From positions 9,879-73,878 of the forward strand of contig CAKZSV010000015.1 in the NCBI GenBank assembly GCA_937921485.1: 64,000 nt of DNA. Direction: 5' to 3'. Below, piece by piece: positions 49,305 through 59,823 of the stretch. The first letter of the stretch is position 1. The number at the start of each line of letters is the position of its first letter. Source of the DNA: an uncultured bacterium. GTDB lineage: Bacteria > Spirochaetota > UBA4802 > JAGODF01. Below the pieces are notes generated by a model. The model searched no databases and was not told the origin of the DNA. It saw only the letters and a program-made list of their open reading frames with translations. Made by a program: the position numbers and the translations under genes.

Positions 49305-50528
49305 TTATGTCCCTTTAATGGATATTCCCAAAAGCATCACATCATCGCAGAACCCACCCTGCGATGAGAAAACTTCTACCTCCCGGTATATCGATTCAAT
49401 CATCTCGTCGATGCGCATATCAGGGTATTTCTGCAGGAGATTCAAGAACCTTTCATGCCCGAAGATCTCTTCGTCCGGTTTCTGGCATTCATAAATACCG
49501 TCTGAATAAAACAATAACACATCCCCTTTCTGTATATCGAGTGTCCTGCCCTCGTAGTTCGACTCAGGAAAAATTCCCACAAAAGGGCCTGTCGGCTCAA
49601 GAAGAGAAATGCTCCCTTTTCGGCACAAAACAGGCGATGGCATGCTTGCATTGCAATAGGAAATCGATCCGGATGCAAAGTTAAAAATGCCGTAAAACAC
49701 GGTCGCATAGTTATAACTCATCTTCCTCTGGCCTTCAATGAGGAATTTATTTATGAGGCCCACAACTGCCTCAGGCGGAGCGGCGGGATCAGCGCTTGCG
49801 TGAATTGCCGATTTCATCATAGCCGCGTAGAGCGCGGCGGGAACCCCATGGCCCGAAACATCCGCGAATATGAGCGCAAACATATCTTCGTTGAAAACAA
49901 GTATGTCGAAAAAATCGCCGCCAAGCTTCTGGGCGGGAATCGACTTTTGATACATATCCACCCTGTCGATTTTAGGCAGGGCAAACGGGAACAGGCACTG
50001 CTGAAGGTTTCGGGCGATATCGAGCTCCTTTTCTATCTGAATGTTTCTCTCCTGTATTTCCCTGTTGAGCTTTTCAAGTTCGGCATTCTTCTGCTGTAAT
50101 TCAGAAAAGAGTTTGATATTCTCCTCAATCAGCTTCTTGTTTTCAATCGCTTTTTCAACCGCTATGAGCATCTGGTCGGTATTAAACGGCTTCAGCATGA
50201 AATCGAACGCGCCTTTTTTCATCGTGGAAACAGCGAGATCGAGATCTTTATATCCGGTGATTATGATGACCGATGCGGCATGGGACGCTTCTTTGATTTT
50301 TTCAAGAAACTCAACACCGTCCATTCCGGGAAGATTAATATCGGCAATCACCACATCGGCACGCGGGATTGCGCCGGATGCAAGTGCATCCTCTGCGGTA
50401 GAAAAGAGCAGCACGGAATAGGAATCTTCCAGAGCGAGCTCAAGCGCGCCGCTCACCATCTCATCATCATCGACGACGACCACGCGCGCCCTACCGTCGT
50501 TTTCCGGCCATATCGAGCCAGCGGCCAT
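49305..50528 (-). CDS. Response regulator receiver, coiled coil, PP2C/SpoIIE-type phosphatase
   Basis: The REC domain has VVVVDDDE and VVIADINLPGMDG. The SpoIIE-like motifs are GGDFFD, FADVSGHG and SDG. It lies 10 nt downstream of the giant lipoprotein gene. Confidence 0.85.
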   Translation of the reverse strand: MAAGSIWPENDGRARVVVVDDDEMVSGALELALEDSYSVLLFSTAEDALASGAIPRADVVIADINLPGMDGVEFLEKIKEASHAASVIIITGYKDLDLAVSTMKKGAFDFMLKPFNTDQMLIAVEKAIENKKLIEENIKLFSELQQKNAELEKLNREIQERNIQIEKELDIARNLQQCLFPFALPKIDRVDMYQKSIPAQKLGGDFFDILVFNEDMFALIFADVSGHGVPAALYAAMMKSAIHASADPAAPPEAVVGLINKFLIEGQRKMSYNYATVFYGIFNFASGSISYCNASMPSPVLCRKGSISLLEPTGPFVGIFPESNYEGRTLDIQKGDVLLFYSDGIYECQKPDEEIFGHERFLNLLQKYPDMRIDEMIESIYREVEVFSSQGGFCDDVMLLGISIKGT

Positions 50529-50538
50529 GCTGCGTGCA

Positions 50539-53500
50539 TCACTCCTTAAGTCCGCGGCCTAAGGGAAGCACGAATTCTCCATCCATCTCGCGGGCTGCCG
50601 CGCTGAGGGATTTTTCGCGCAAAGACGCGATGAGTTTTGAAAGCTTCCCCTCGTGGGAAATATTATGGACAAGAAGCCCGCTCATGCCCGCGTAAAGCGA
50701 CGACTCTGCGGCCATCACAATTCGTTCAAGTGAGTTTTTTGACGCGCGATGCACGTACAGCCCCGCAGCAGCTTTTCTCTGCAAAACGGCCTGCGGCTCA
50801 ACAGAAAGCTCATCGCCGCCGCCGATGAGTAACGAGTACTTTGAAAGATCTGCTCCTGTTTCCGTGTATTCATCAACAACCGCGCCGGAAAGCGCTTTTT
50901 CAGAGCGAAGTAATTGCGCCAGTTTCTTCGTTGCGCCGTACATCGCGTCAACTGCCGCTGCTTTTTTCCCGGCGAAGTACTTCGCGCGCTCGAATGAAGG
51001 AACAAACGTGAACGCTGGATACTGTTTCAGGGAAGCATCCGCAAAAAGCGACAGAGCGGTTTCGTTCAGCACCACAAAACACCGTTTCTCATTATTCCCG
51101 CACGCCGCTGCAAGATATTCTCGAACCGCTTTGCCCGCATCCTCTTTCCTTGCCGCTTTCAATTCGCTGTAGGAAAGAGCGGCATCGAGCTTCCACGCGC
51201 CGAGTTTTCCCTCCATGCCGAAAAATCCCACAACCACCACCCCGGAAATCGGCGCAATCGCCGTCTCCGGAACAGCGAGAAATGAAGAAAAAAGCGAGCC
51301 GTCTTTTTTGTGTGCTGCATCATCAGCGCGAAGCGCAGCCTCCTTCTGCGCGGCGACATTGCGAGCGTTTTTAACTTTTTCTGAATCGCGCGACTCGCCG
51401 GCTTCCAGCAATTGCGACAAAGTGCTTTTCGCAGAAATTAACTCCTGTACAATATTCTGCCGCTTCTGGAATTTTTCCCTGTGCGAAGGATCGTAAAAAT
51501 CCCTGTCTGCCAGCGAGAACAGCATGAGACGCATCACCCCATAGCCTTTTTCCATGACACCCAGCGCCTCCCGCCAGTCGCCCGCTTCGAGCAGAAAACG
51601 GGTATAACTATCGAAAAGCATTCCCGCATGATGCGAGTGCTTTGCGTGGCACTGCGGGCATTGATACATTTCGCCAACGGCTTTTTCATAATATTCCCGT
51701 GCGATCCGCTTCGCACCAGCGCCCTCAACAGCAGCGCCGTGTCTATTGAGAAATTCGCCGAGTTTATACTGCACCATCCACAAAAGATTGGAGTACGCGA
51801 AATTGCTGGCGATCGTTTCGGCCCGGGAAAGCGTGTCGTAGGCGTCTTCATACGCGCCGGTCTTTTCCTGACAGGCGGCAATATTCAAAAGAAGCTTCCC
51901 CTTCACCAGATTGTTCCCCCGCTTTTCGGCATACGAGAGCGCGCTTTTAAAGTGCCCCATCGCAGAGGAATACAATTCAAAGAGCTTTTTGTTTTCGCGG
52001 TACACCTGATATGCGCGGCTTTCATCATCCTTATTGGCGCCATCATTGGACAGGCGGGATACATGTTCGGCCTGCGCGAATTTGAGCGTACCCAGGGCTA
52101 CATCGAGAAAGTGATACACCTCGCTCGCGGAAAGAGCCGCCTGTTGCCTGAGCGCGTCGATATCATCGGCAGCCAGTTCCTTATTCCGAAGCTTTGCCTG
52201 TTTTTTCTTCGCTTCCAAATCAGCTTCAAATTTCTGCTTTTCATAGGTATCCCTGTAGCGGGAAATTTTTGTAAACAGTTCATCGTACCTGCCTAAAACT
52301 GGATCATCGCCGCGCTCGAGCAACATCGCACAGAGATTGGAATAATTCAAAATTGCGCTGAACATCCCTTCCAGATCGCCCACATCTTCGCCGGCGGTAT
52401 AATCCCATGCCTGCTTGAAATATGAAAGCGCATTATCGTAAAGCCCCATCTTGTAGAAGCAATAACCGATGTTATTCAGGGCACGCGCTTTCCCGGTCTT
52501 ATTGATCCTGGCGTTTTTCTTCTCCCAGTGCGCCATTTTTTTCTTTAGATATCCCACCGCGGCAGCATAATCACCCCGATCGAAATGCATATCCTCTCTG
52601 AGCGAAAGGCTCAATATTTTCTTGTTCTCCGTATCGAGTTCCGAATACAGCCGATTGTCGCCGATCACCACCGTATCCGGGCCGAGGTCGATAAAGCTCA
52701 CCGGTCCGACTCCTAAAACTTTAAATCGCAGCTTATAGGTTCTCTCCTCCTCGGTTTCTTTTTCCAGGATTTTATCCGCGCGGTCGAGATATTCAACCGC
52801 CTTTTCCCGGTTTCCGAGTTCCTTATAGCAGGTGGCTATTTCCTGAAGCATCCGGGCGCGGTCCACGGAAATATTTTTCTTTTCGGTAAAATTCAAAATT
52901 TCATTGTACCAGAATATCGCACCGTCGAAGTTGCGCTCGGTTCTGTCGAAAAGCGCAAAATAGCGGTAGAGCGTAAAAATCTGCTCCTTGAATCGGTCAT
53001 GCCCGGACTTTTGCGACATGGAATTATACAGAAGAAGCGTCTTGCGCATTTCCTCGCGCGCCTCTGAAATCCGGTCATTCTGCCAGTAGCAGACGCCGAA
53101 ATGAAAACGGAAGAGCGCTTCCTGCACGGGAGAGCCAAAATCGCGCTTGAACTCGTTTGCTTTTTCAAAATGGCGCAGAGCCTGCGGATAATTGTTCAGC
53201 AGAAAATATGTATTCGCCAGATTGAGGTGGATATTGCCCTCGCCTTCAGGATTTTTTGACTCATCGTTCGCGGCAAGCGCGCGCTCGTAGAGAGGAACGT
53301 TCGCTTCCCACAAAAGGCGCGGGAAGAACTTGCCGAAAAGCCGCTCCTTCTCTTCGCCCAGGTCTTTACGCCGCAAATCGACATATTGCCCTATCCAGCC
53401 GCGCAGGATGTACGGTTCCACATACGCGTCATCCATGAAAAGCGCCCATCCCACCTGATCCAGGCTTTTCTTGAAATATTCAAGCGAAGTTTCAAGTTCG

Positions 53501-55890
53501 CCTCCCTTTGGATCATCATATGCAAGAGCGAGCTTCGTGTAGATATATGCAAGGCCGTAAATATACGACTTATCGTAATTCAGCCGGGCGAGGGAAAGCT
53601 TGTCGCTGTACTTTTCATCGAGCTTGAAGAGCTTCTCTTTCTCTGAATTGCGCGCGAAGGAGTCAATGTACAGTACATGCGCGCGGGAACCATACGCCTG
53701 ATAGATATCATCGAACTCGCGCAAAAGGTGCGCGCTGGTCACCACTTCAATATATTTTTCGTACACACCCTGCGCAAGTTTATCCTTCTTCTGCTCCAGA
53801 TACACCGCGCCCTTCTCCTCGTAGTAATCCACAAGCCGGGTGAGTATATCGCGGAAATCGGCCTGCTTCCATCTGAGAAGATAATTCTTTACATTCTGGT
53901 AATAATGCTTCTCCATCGTTTCAACATCGCCGCGAATATGCGCAATGTCGCCGATGAGTTTGTTCGCTTTATAGAAGAGATAATTGGTGCGGCTTACGCC
54001 GGAAAGCGTTTGTTCGAGATATTCTTTCGCTTTTGCATAATCCCTTTTCGCGAAATACGCTTCGCCAAGAAGGTACTGCATCATGGGCAGCACGTCATTG
54101 CCGGATTTTTTCTCCGCCTTCGAAAGGATAGAGCTCGCGGCGCTTATGCGCTTTTCAATGTTTGCTTCCGCAGAAAAAATCCTGACGAGTTCTTTCGCCG
54201 CAGCGATTTTTAAATTCTCACGATCAGAGTTTATTGTTCTGACGTATGCTTCCGGCAGATCAGGAGAAACTGCGCGATACTGCAATTTTGCAATTTTAAA
54301 GTTGATATATTGCGCGCGCCCGTACCTGGGATGCTCATCTAAAATTTTTCGGTACGTTCTAAGGGCAGCATCGGCTTTTCCGAACCTGCTCTGTTCATCG
54401 CCCAGGTCCTCAATCAGATATGGCACAAATTCAGCGGCTTTCGAATCGCGCGCCATGCTGCCGAGCGCGCCAGCCAGTACGCTTTCGCCGGATTTTCCCT
54501 CGAGATAGGCGCCGAGATATTGCGCCATGACCGCGCGATAATCTTTTGCGCCTTTCGAAATGGAAGATAATATCTTTCCAATCCGCGCCGCTTCCGATCT
54601 GTCCTTCGCCTCCAGAAAAGCTTTGCCCGCCTCCACGAGCGATTTCGCCACAAAAATCTGAGAAATGCTGTCTTTCTTATCTCCAAAGAAATGATACGCA
54701 CGCTCAAGACCGAGCAAATAGCGCTCCCTGTCGTCGTGCTCATCAAGATACGCCTGGGCGAGGTCGTACTGCTGCTGGGCGTTGTTCTTCCTCGGTATGA
54801 TACCCTCTTCGGGAATAATATTTATATTAATGTTCTCGCCAATCTGGTCGGAGAAGATGATCACATTAAAAAAACGCTCGTTTACTTTCCGAAGCGCCTC
54901 ACTGAAGCGAGGGGCAAACGACGAATGCGACCGGAGCGTTAAGGGATATTCCATGCCGGTCTTGATATTTTTGTACATGATAATCGATGCATCTTTCAGA
55001 TTAATTGCACCATCCCGATTGGTATCGCGATCGATGAGGGTATAGACAATTTCATGCTCGTTTTTCATAAACGAGGGATAGAGTTCAATGTGCGGAGTGC
55101 TGGTAATCCGTGTTTCCACGCCGGTTTCAAGGTTTTTTATGTACACATCCCCCCTGCTGTTTTCATCCCGGTAGGAAATATACATAATCTTTTTCCCATC
55201 CGGCGAAAATCTCGGATACAGGCCTCCCTTCGTAGTGATCTGTTTGATATTCCGCCCTTTCCGGTCAATCATCCAGATATTATCCTTTCCGTCCCTGTTC
55301 GATGAAAAAGCAATCCAGTTGCTGTCCGGAGACCATGCGGGGGAGGCATCGCGGATGATCCTGATGTCTTTGCTCGCCGGATCCTGGTACTGGGTGATGT
55401 TCTTTGCGCGGGAATCAAGTGTTGGAATTTCCGTGGGGGACCCGGCGGCTTTTTCGAGCAATTTCGCCGGATCGATATCGACCACAAAAATATCGCCTTC
55501 CGGGTCTTCCCGCAGGCTCACAAACGCGAGCCGTTTCCCGTCAGGGGAAATCGCGGGCGAGATGTCTTTCGCTGGATGTGCGGTAATCCTCACCGTAGTG
55601 ATATCGCCCAGGGCGCGAAGATACACGTCGAAATTTCCCCGATCTCTGTCGGACGCATAATAAAGATACAAACCGTCTTCGGAAAAATTTCCATCAAACT
55701 CGATATTCTGTTCGATAGTGACCGGAACAACTTTTCCTACATTATAGATGTACTCGTTTCGAAGAATCGTTCCGTAGCTGAAACGGACTTCCCTGCTGGC
55801 CCTGCCCCGGCATCCTGCAAGTATTCCTGAAGCAATTATGAGAAAAAGCGCGAAGCAGCATCGAAGCGCGTTTATTTTTTTCGTACCCAT
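50539..55890 (-). CDS. Giant (1783 aa) lipoprotein: TolB-like PD40 beta-propeller, long TPR array, uncharacterised C-terminal domain
   Basis: The lipobox is ILAGC. PD40-type repeats include SPAISPDGKRLAFVS, SPAWSPDSNWIAFSSNRDG and PRFSPDGKKIMYIS. There are many TPR-like repeats. AGGAGG lies 11 nt upstream of the ATG. Confidence 0.85.
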   Translation of the reverse strand: MGTKKINALRCCFALFLIIASGILAGCRGRASREVRFSYGTILRNEYIYNVGKVVPVTIEQNIEFDGNFSEDGLYLYYASDRDRGNFDVYLRALGDITTVRITAHPAKDISPAISPDGKRLAFVSLREDPEGDIFVVDIDPAKLLEKAAGSPTEIPTLDSRAKNITQYQDPASKDIRIIRDASPAWSPDSNWIAFSSNRDGKDNIWMIDRKGRNIKQITTKGGLYPRFSPDGKKIMYISYRDENSRGDVYIKNLETGVETRITSTPHIELYPSFMKNEHEIVYTLIDRDTNRDGAINLKDASIIMYKNIKTGMEYPLTLRSHSSFAPRFSEALRKVNERFFNVIIFSDQIGENININIIPEEGIIPRKNNAQQQYDLAQAYLDEHDDRERYLLGLERAYHFFGDKKDSISQIFVAKSLVEAGKAFLEAKDRSEAARIGKILSSISKGAKDYRAVMAQYLGAYLEGKSGESVLAGALGSMARDSKAAEFVPYLIEDLGDEQSRFGKADAALRTYRKILDEHPRYGRAQYINFKIAKLQYRAVSPDLPEAYVRTINSDRENLKIAAAKELVRIFSAEANIEKRISAASSILSKAEKKSGNDVLPMMQYLLGEAYFAKRDYAKAKEYLEQTLSGVSRTNYLFYKANKLIGDIAHIRGDVETMEKHYYQNVKNYLLRWKQADFRDILTRLVDYYEEKGAVYLEQKKDKLAQGVYEKYIEVVTSAHLLREFDDIYQAYGSRAHVLYIDSFARNSEKEKLFKLDEKYSDKLSLARLNYDKSYIYGLAYIYTKLALAYDDPKGGELETSLEYFKKSLDQVGWALFMDDAYVEPYILRGWIGQYVDLRRKDLGEEKERLFGKFFPRLLWEANVPLYERALAANDESKNPEGEGNIHLNLANTYFLLNNYPQALRHFEKANEFKRDFGSPVQEALFRFHFGVCYWQNDRISEAREEMRKTLLLYNSMSQKSGHDRFKEQIFTLYRYFALFDRTERNFDGAIFWYNEILNFTEKKNISVDRARMLQEIATCYKELGNREKAVEYLDRADKILEKETEEERTYKLRFKVLGVGPVSFIDLGPDTVVIGDNRLYSELDTENKKILSLSLREDMHFDRGDYAAAVGYLKKKMAHWEKKNARINKTGKARALNNIGYCFYKMGLYDNALSYFKQAWDYTAGEDVGDLEGMFSAILNYSNLCAMLLERGDDPVLGRYDELFTKISRYRDTYEKQKFEADLEAKKKQAKLRNKELAADDIDALRQQAALSASEVYHFLDVALGTLKFAQAEHVSRLSNDGANKDDESRAYQVYRENKKLFELYSSAMGHFKSALSYAEKRGNNLVKGKLLLNIAACQEKTGAYEDAYDTLSRAETIASNFAYSNLLWMVQYKLGEFLNRHGAAVEGAGAKRIAREYYEKAVGEMYQCPQCHAKHSHHAGMLFDSYTRFLLEAGDWREALGVMEKGYGVMRLMLFSLADRDFYDPSHREKFQKRQNIVQELISAKSTLSQLLEAGESRDSEKVKNARNVAAQKEAALRADDAAHKKDGSLFSSFLAVPETAIAPISGVVVVGFFGMEGKLGAWKLDAALSYSELKAARKEDAGKAVREYLAAACGNNEKRCFVVLNETALSLFADASLKQYPAFTFVPSFERAKYFAGKKAAAVDAMYGATKKLAQLLRSEKALSGAVVDEYTETGADLSKYSLLIGGGDELSVEPQAVLQRKAAAGLYVHRASKNSLERIVMAAESSLYAGMSGLLVHNISHEGKLSKLIASLREKSLSAAAREMDGEFVLPLGRGLKE

Positions 55891-56462
55891 CTTCCGCCGG
55901 CCTCCTGAATCCAGTCATTTTCCTTCGCAAACGCGCGCTGCTCCTCCGCAAATTTTTTCCCGAGAGAAGCGATCTGTTCTGCAGTGGGATTCGCCACCCC
56001 CGATTTTATGAGACTTCTGGTGAATATTGTTTTGCGCGCATCGTTTTCTTTCGAAAGAATCGACTGAAGCGCTTTCTTGCGGTTTGCATCGCTCTCATAC
56101 GCGGGTGTGCCCACATATGCACAATACCCGGTATTCGCTTCACCGATCGCGCCTTCTTCTTTCAGCTTCCTGATTTCCGGCGCAAGCTCTTCTCTGGCTT
56201 TGAACGCCTTGAACATTTCGTCATCCCGCACTTGCTTGCCGGGAGCGATGCCAGTTTTAACAGAGGCAACCACCCACGCGTCTTTTTCGATTTCGCGGTA
56301 ATCGCCCACAATCTGCCGTTCTATGACGGTTTTCTGTCCCGTGAGATGAATGTCCGGAGGAGAGATCCAGCAGCAGCTCGGTATTTCGCTGGTGGATGCG
56401 CAACCCGCCAGCGCAAGCGCGAAAACCGCAAGTATGAGTGAAATTATTGCAAGGCGCATCAT
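55872..56462 (-). CDS. YdbL-like (DUF1318) lipoprotein with N-terminal extension
   Basis: The lipobox is LAGC. The region EEGAIGEANTGYCAYV and the C-terminus AGGRWVRKK resemble E. coli YdbL. The gene overlaps both neighbours (4 nt and 19 nt). Confidence 0.7.
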   Translation of the reverse strand: MMRLAIISLILAVFALALAGCASTSEIPSCCWISPPDIHLTGQKTVIERQIVGDYREIEKDAWVVASVKTGIAPGKQVRDDEMFKAFKAREELAPEIRKLKEEGAIGEANTGYCAYVGTPAYESDANRKKALQSILSKENDARKTIFTRSLIKSGVANPTAEQIASLGKKFAEEQRAFAKENDWIQEAGGRWVRKK

Positions 56463-59374
56463 TCCCCTCCTAAGATATTGCGAAGATATTCCTGAAGCTT
56501 CATCCTTTCGAACTGAACCTTGTTTTGTTCAACTCCTATGAGCCAGCCAATGGCTTTGCGTTTAAAAGTAACCGTGGTATAGACCAAACCCTTATCGAGA
56601 TTGAAGTTGAAGCCGCTGACGTTCATCGAATTATCAACCGGGAACTGCGCGATGCCGAGTTTCGACTTCCCTTTCTCGCTCGAAAGCCCTTTTAAAAGCC
56701 TGTTCGCGAAGGCATCGCCGATTTTGTGAATGTTGATGTAGCCCACCGGCGTGAGTTCCTTCTTCACATCGACACCCCTTCCCTTGAACTGCGCGTTCAA
56801 CGAAAGCTCCGCGTCGCGCTTGCGCGTCCTGGGGTTTGGATCATCAAGAAGACCTATGTCCACATTCGTCACATCGAGCGTCAGGCTGTATTCCATGTTG
56901 TCGGTCTTCAGATCGCGAAGCGCAAAGAGGATATTGCGTCCGTAGAATCCGCCGCCCATCACATACGCTTTCATCGTTTGGATTTCGAACGTATTGTCCC
57001 GGAAAAACATCGTCGCGGAAAAATCCTTCATGACCTGAAAGGAAATGTTTCTTGCCGGATGCTTGATGGAAATCGACTTGATGGTGAAATTGTCTTTCTC
57101 GCGGAAAAACGCGCTGTCGATGAGGCTGCTTTTATCTACTGCGATGCGGGATTCGGTGAGTGCTATCCGGTGATTGTACTCAAAGGGAAAATTCAGATTG
57201 AAATCTTCAACATGAATTTTTTCCTCCGGATTTTTTACATTGAGATGCGCAATTTTCACGGAACCGGAAGCGGTGCCGGACTTAATGTCGCCTTTCTGGC
57301 GCGCGTTAATCTCAACGCGTCCCGAAAGTGCCCACTTTTCGAATACATCCTTCATCTCCGGCATGTCGAGGGCGATTTTAACGAATACATCAGTGTTCTT
57401 GCCTGGAGCATTGTCGAGATCAACCCGCCCATTTACATCAACATTGAGATTGCGTTCCCTGCTTGAAATGTTCACGCTGCGGATGAGAAGCATTTTGCGC
57501 GGATTGTTCTGCACAATGTCTGCCCGAAGCGCAAGATCGTTTACTTTAAAATCGGGAACCTTGAGCGAAACCATCACGTTTGCGGTGAGAAGCTCTTTGC
57601 CGACATTGAAGCCGGCATCAAGACTCACGTCGATCGGACTTTTGAAAGCCTTGAGAGAACCGCCAAGATCACGCGCCATCGGTTTCGGAACCATTTCAAG
57701 CAGAGGATCCTTTTTAAATCTGAGCATCGAGATGCGCACCTTTCCGGCAGGCACCGGCGCAAGGGAGATTGCTCCGTCCATTGCAAGGCGCAACGCATCA
57801 GCCCCGCCTGCAGGGCTGTAGAACTTGAGCGACATATCGTTAATGAGCACGTTCTGACTTTTCAAGTTGTAGCGCGCGTTCAAAGAAAAGGCGAGCCCGT
57901 TGTCGCCGGATTTTCCCCGGTTCAACACATAATCGAAATGCGGAATCTTTAGATCGGAAAGAAGCGCCACATCATTGCCGCGCATCCGCACCGCGTAGCC
58001 GAGCACCATCGACGGCACCCGCGCCTCAATTGCCGGATTTCGAAAATAGAGATTTCCGATGCGGACCTGTCCGTCCACATCGATATTTTTAGGATCCCCT
58101 TTCACGGTGAATGGATAGAGCGAGAGATTTCCCGCGAAGCGCATGGAACGGTCGCCAGTAATTTGCTGATAATAGGGATACAGTTCCGTAAGCGAAATGG
58201 AACTTTCAACCATCCGAATATCGAACCGCTGGGTTTTCGTCACGTCGCGGACTTCGCCCGCAAGGCTTAAAATCTTATTCCCGGAAAAAGAAACGGTAAA
58301 ATGATTGAGATTGAGAAAATCCCGTGAGGGCTCATAGGCCATATCGTATGAAACAAGGAAAGAGAGCGGGGTCAGATGCACGCGCTTGAAGCGCACGGGC
58401 GTTCTGTACGTACCGAGCCGGAGCCGGCTTTCAAAAAACGGCTTCTCTTCGGGCGTCGATTGTTTTTTGTATGCGAGCTTCCAGAAAAGCACCAGCGGGG
58501 GGCTTATCTCTGCGGTTTCGGAAACAAACCGTACGTCAAGCTCTTCCCGCGGGTTGAGTTCGATTTTCATTCGATCGAGGAGGGATACCGCTTCCGGCGA
58601 AACAGGGATTTTTTTGAAAGGCGGCACGTAGATGTCTATGCCAAATGAGAGTCCCTCGAGAGCAGTTTTCATCCCGCTGCCTTCGGCATAGACGCGAAGA
58701 TCATCCAGGACAAATTTAAACAGAAACTCCACCGAAATGGGAAGAGAAATTTCCTGCGGAGGCGGTCCTTTTTCCTCTTCCGCTTCCGGTTCCTTTTCCT
58801 TTTTGGAAGGCTCGCCCGGCTTCATGAGCTTCGCGGCATTCCACACGCCGTTTTTCTCCTTGAGATAAATCCGCGGCTGGTAGATACCAATCTCCCGAAT
58901 GCGCACATTGCCGATGAGCATGGACAGAATGCTGTAATCGCACACCAGCTTTTTTATTTCGACAAACGGCGTGCGGCCGAATTCCTCGCCGTTTCTGATG
59001 CGGAGGTCTTCGATTTCAAAGCCGGTAAAAAGCCCGAACTTATTTACCTTCAGGGAAATATCGCCGTATGAGCGCGCGTTGAACTGCTCCGCAATGAGAC
59101 GCTCTGCCCGCTGCGGCGTAAGATAGATGGAAAGACCGGCAAGAGCAAGGACAACAATGAGAATGACTATGGCGGGAATATAAAGAAAAATTATTTTTGC
59201 CGCTTTGCCGGCAATGCGGAGTGCACGGAAACCCGAACGATGGGGTGATGACTGCGGCGCGGCATCATCCTGCGGCTTTTCTGCATCTGAACCCATTTCG
59301 GTCCGCTGCGATACGGCGGGTTCATCGGAAGCAGCAGATTTTTCTTCGGTTTTTTTCTTTCTTTTCTGAGCCAT
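56459..59374 (-). CDS. AsmA-like / YdbH-TamB-type large envelope protein
   Basis: An N-terminal TM anchor is followed by 900 aa of beta-rich sequence with no cofactor motifs. The first beta segments (ISLKVNKFGLFTGFEIEDLRIRNG) are typical of AsmA-like proteins. Its partner is a YdbL-like gene. Confidence 0.65.
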   Translation of the reverse strand: MAQKRKKKTEEKSAASDEPAVSQRTEMGSDAEKPQDDAAPQSSPHRSGFRALRIAGKAAKIIFLYIPAIVILIVVLALAGLSIYLTPQRAERLIAEQFNARSYGDISLKVNKFGLFTGFEIEDLRIRNGEEFGRTPFVEIKKLVCDYSILSMLIGNVRIREIGIYQPRIYLKEKNGVWNAAKLMKPGEPSKKEKEPEAEEEKGPPPQEISLPISVEFLFKFVLDDLRVYAEGSGMKTALEGLSFGIDIYVPPFKKIPVSPEAVSLLDRMKIELNPREELDVRFVSETAEISPPLVLFWKLAYKKQSTPEEKPFFESRLRLGTYRTPVRFKRVHLTPLSFLVSYDMAYEPSRDFLNLNHFTVSFSGNKILSLAGEVRDVTKTQRFDIRMVESSISLTELYPYYQQITGDRSMRFAGNLSLYPFTVKGDPKNIDVDGQVRIGNLYFRNPAIEARVPSMVLGYAVRMRGNDVALLSDLKIPHFDYVLNRGKSGDNGLAFSLNARYNLKSQNVLINDMSLKFYSPAGGADALRLAMDGAISLAPVPAGKVRISMLRFKKDPLLEMVPKPMARDLGGSLKAFKSPIDVSLDAGFNVGKELLTANVMVSLKVPDFKVNDLALRADIVQNNPRKMLLIRSVNISSRERNLNVDVNGRVDLDNAPGKNTDVFVKIALDMPEMKDVFEKWALSGRVEINARQKGDIKSGTASGSVKIAHLNVKNPEEKIHVEDFNLNFPFEYNHRIALTESRIAVDKSSLIDSAFFREKDNFTIKSISIKHPARNISFQVMKDFSATMFFRDNTFEIQTMKAYVMGGGFYGRNILFALRDLKTDNMEYSLTLDVTNVDIGLLDDPNPRTRKRDAELSLNAQFKGRGVDVKKELTPVGYINIHKIGDAFANRLLKGLSSEKGKSKLGIAQFPVDNSMNVSGFNFNLDKGLVYTTVTFKRKAIGWLIGVEQNKVQFERMKLQEYLRNILGGE

Positions 59375-59446
59375 GGCAACAATCCCCTACAGTGATGGGA
59401 TAATCAATATACATGCCTATTCGAGCATGACAAGCATTTTTTTGTC

Positions 59447-59815
59447 TCAACATCCGTGTTTTCGAAAGAATTTTTTCAATTCCGCATCCGAATGTTCGAA
59501 CCACCCAATGAACGATTTTGTGAAATCCTGTGAAAACCCGGTTGCAATATCCATCACCACAGCCACCACAAAGGCTATCAGCATGGAAGCATACCAGAAA
59601 AAAAGTATGAGATACTTCAATGCGCACAGCGTGCCTTCACTCCTTTTTTCATTGGTGCAATCAGCGCATCCACCCTGCCGTTCCCCCGCATACGCCTCTG
59701 TCAGGAATGCCGATGAAGGTATCGGCAATTCCATTGCGCGCATGCTCAAAAAAGCAATCACCGCAATTGCGACAACACGTATCCAGGCGCAATGATTACG
59801 CATGCACGCACTCAT
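59447..59815 (-). CDS. Small hypothetical membrane protein
   Basis: Two hydrophobic helices. It lies between nnr and the AsmA-like gene. The start (ATG 59815 or TTG 59821) is uncertain and the RBS is weak. Confidence 0.4.
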   Translation of the reverse strand: MSACMRNHCAWIRVVAIAVIAFLSMRAMELPIPSSAFLTEAYAGERQGGCADCTNEKRSEGTLCALKYLILFFWYASMLIAFVVAVVMDIATGFSQDFTKSFIGWFEHSDAELKKFFRKHGC

Positions 59816-59823
59816 TTTCAATC

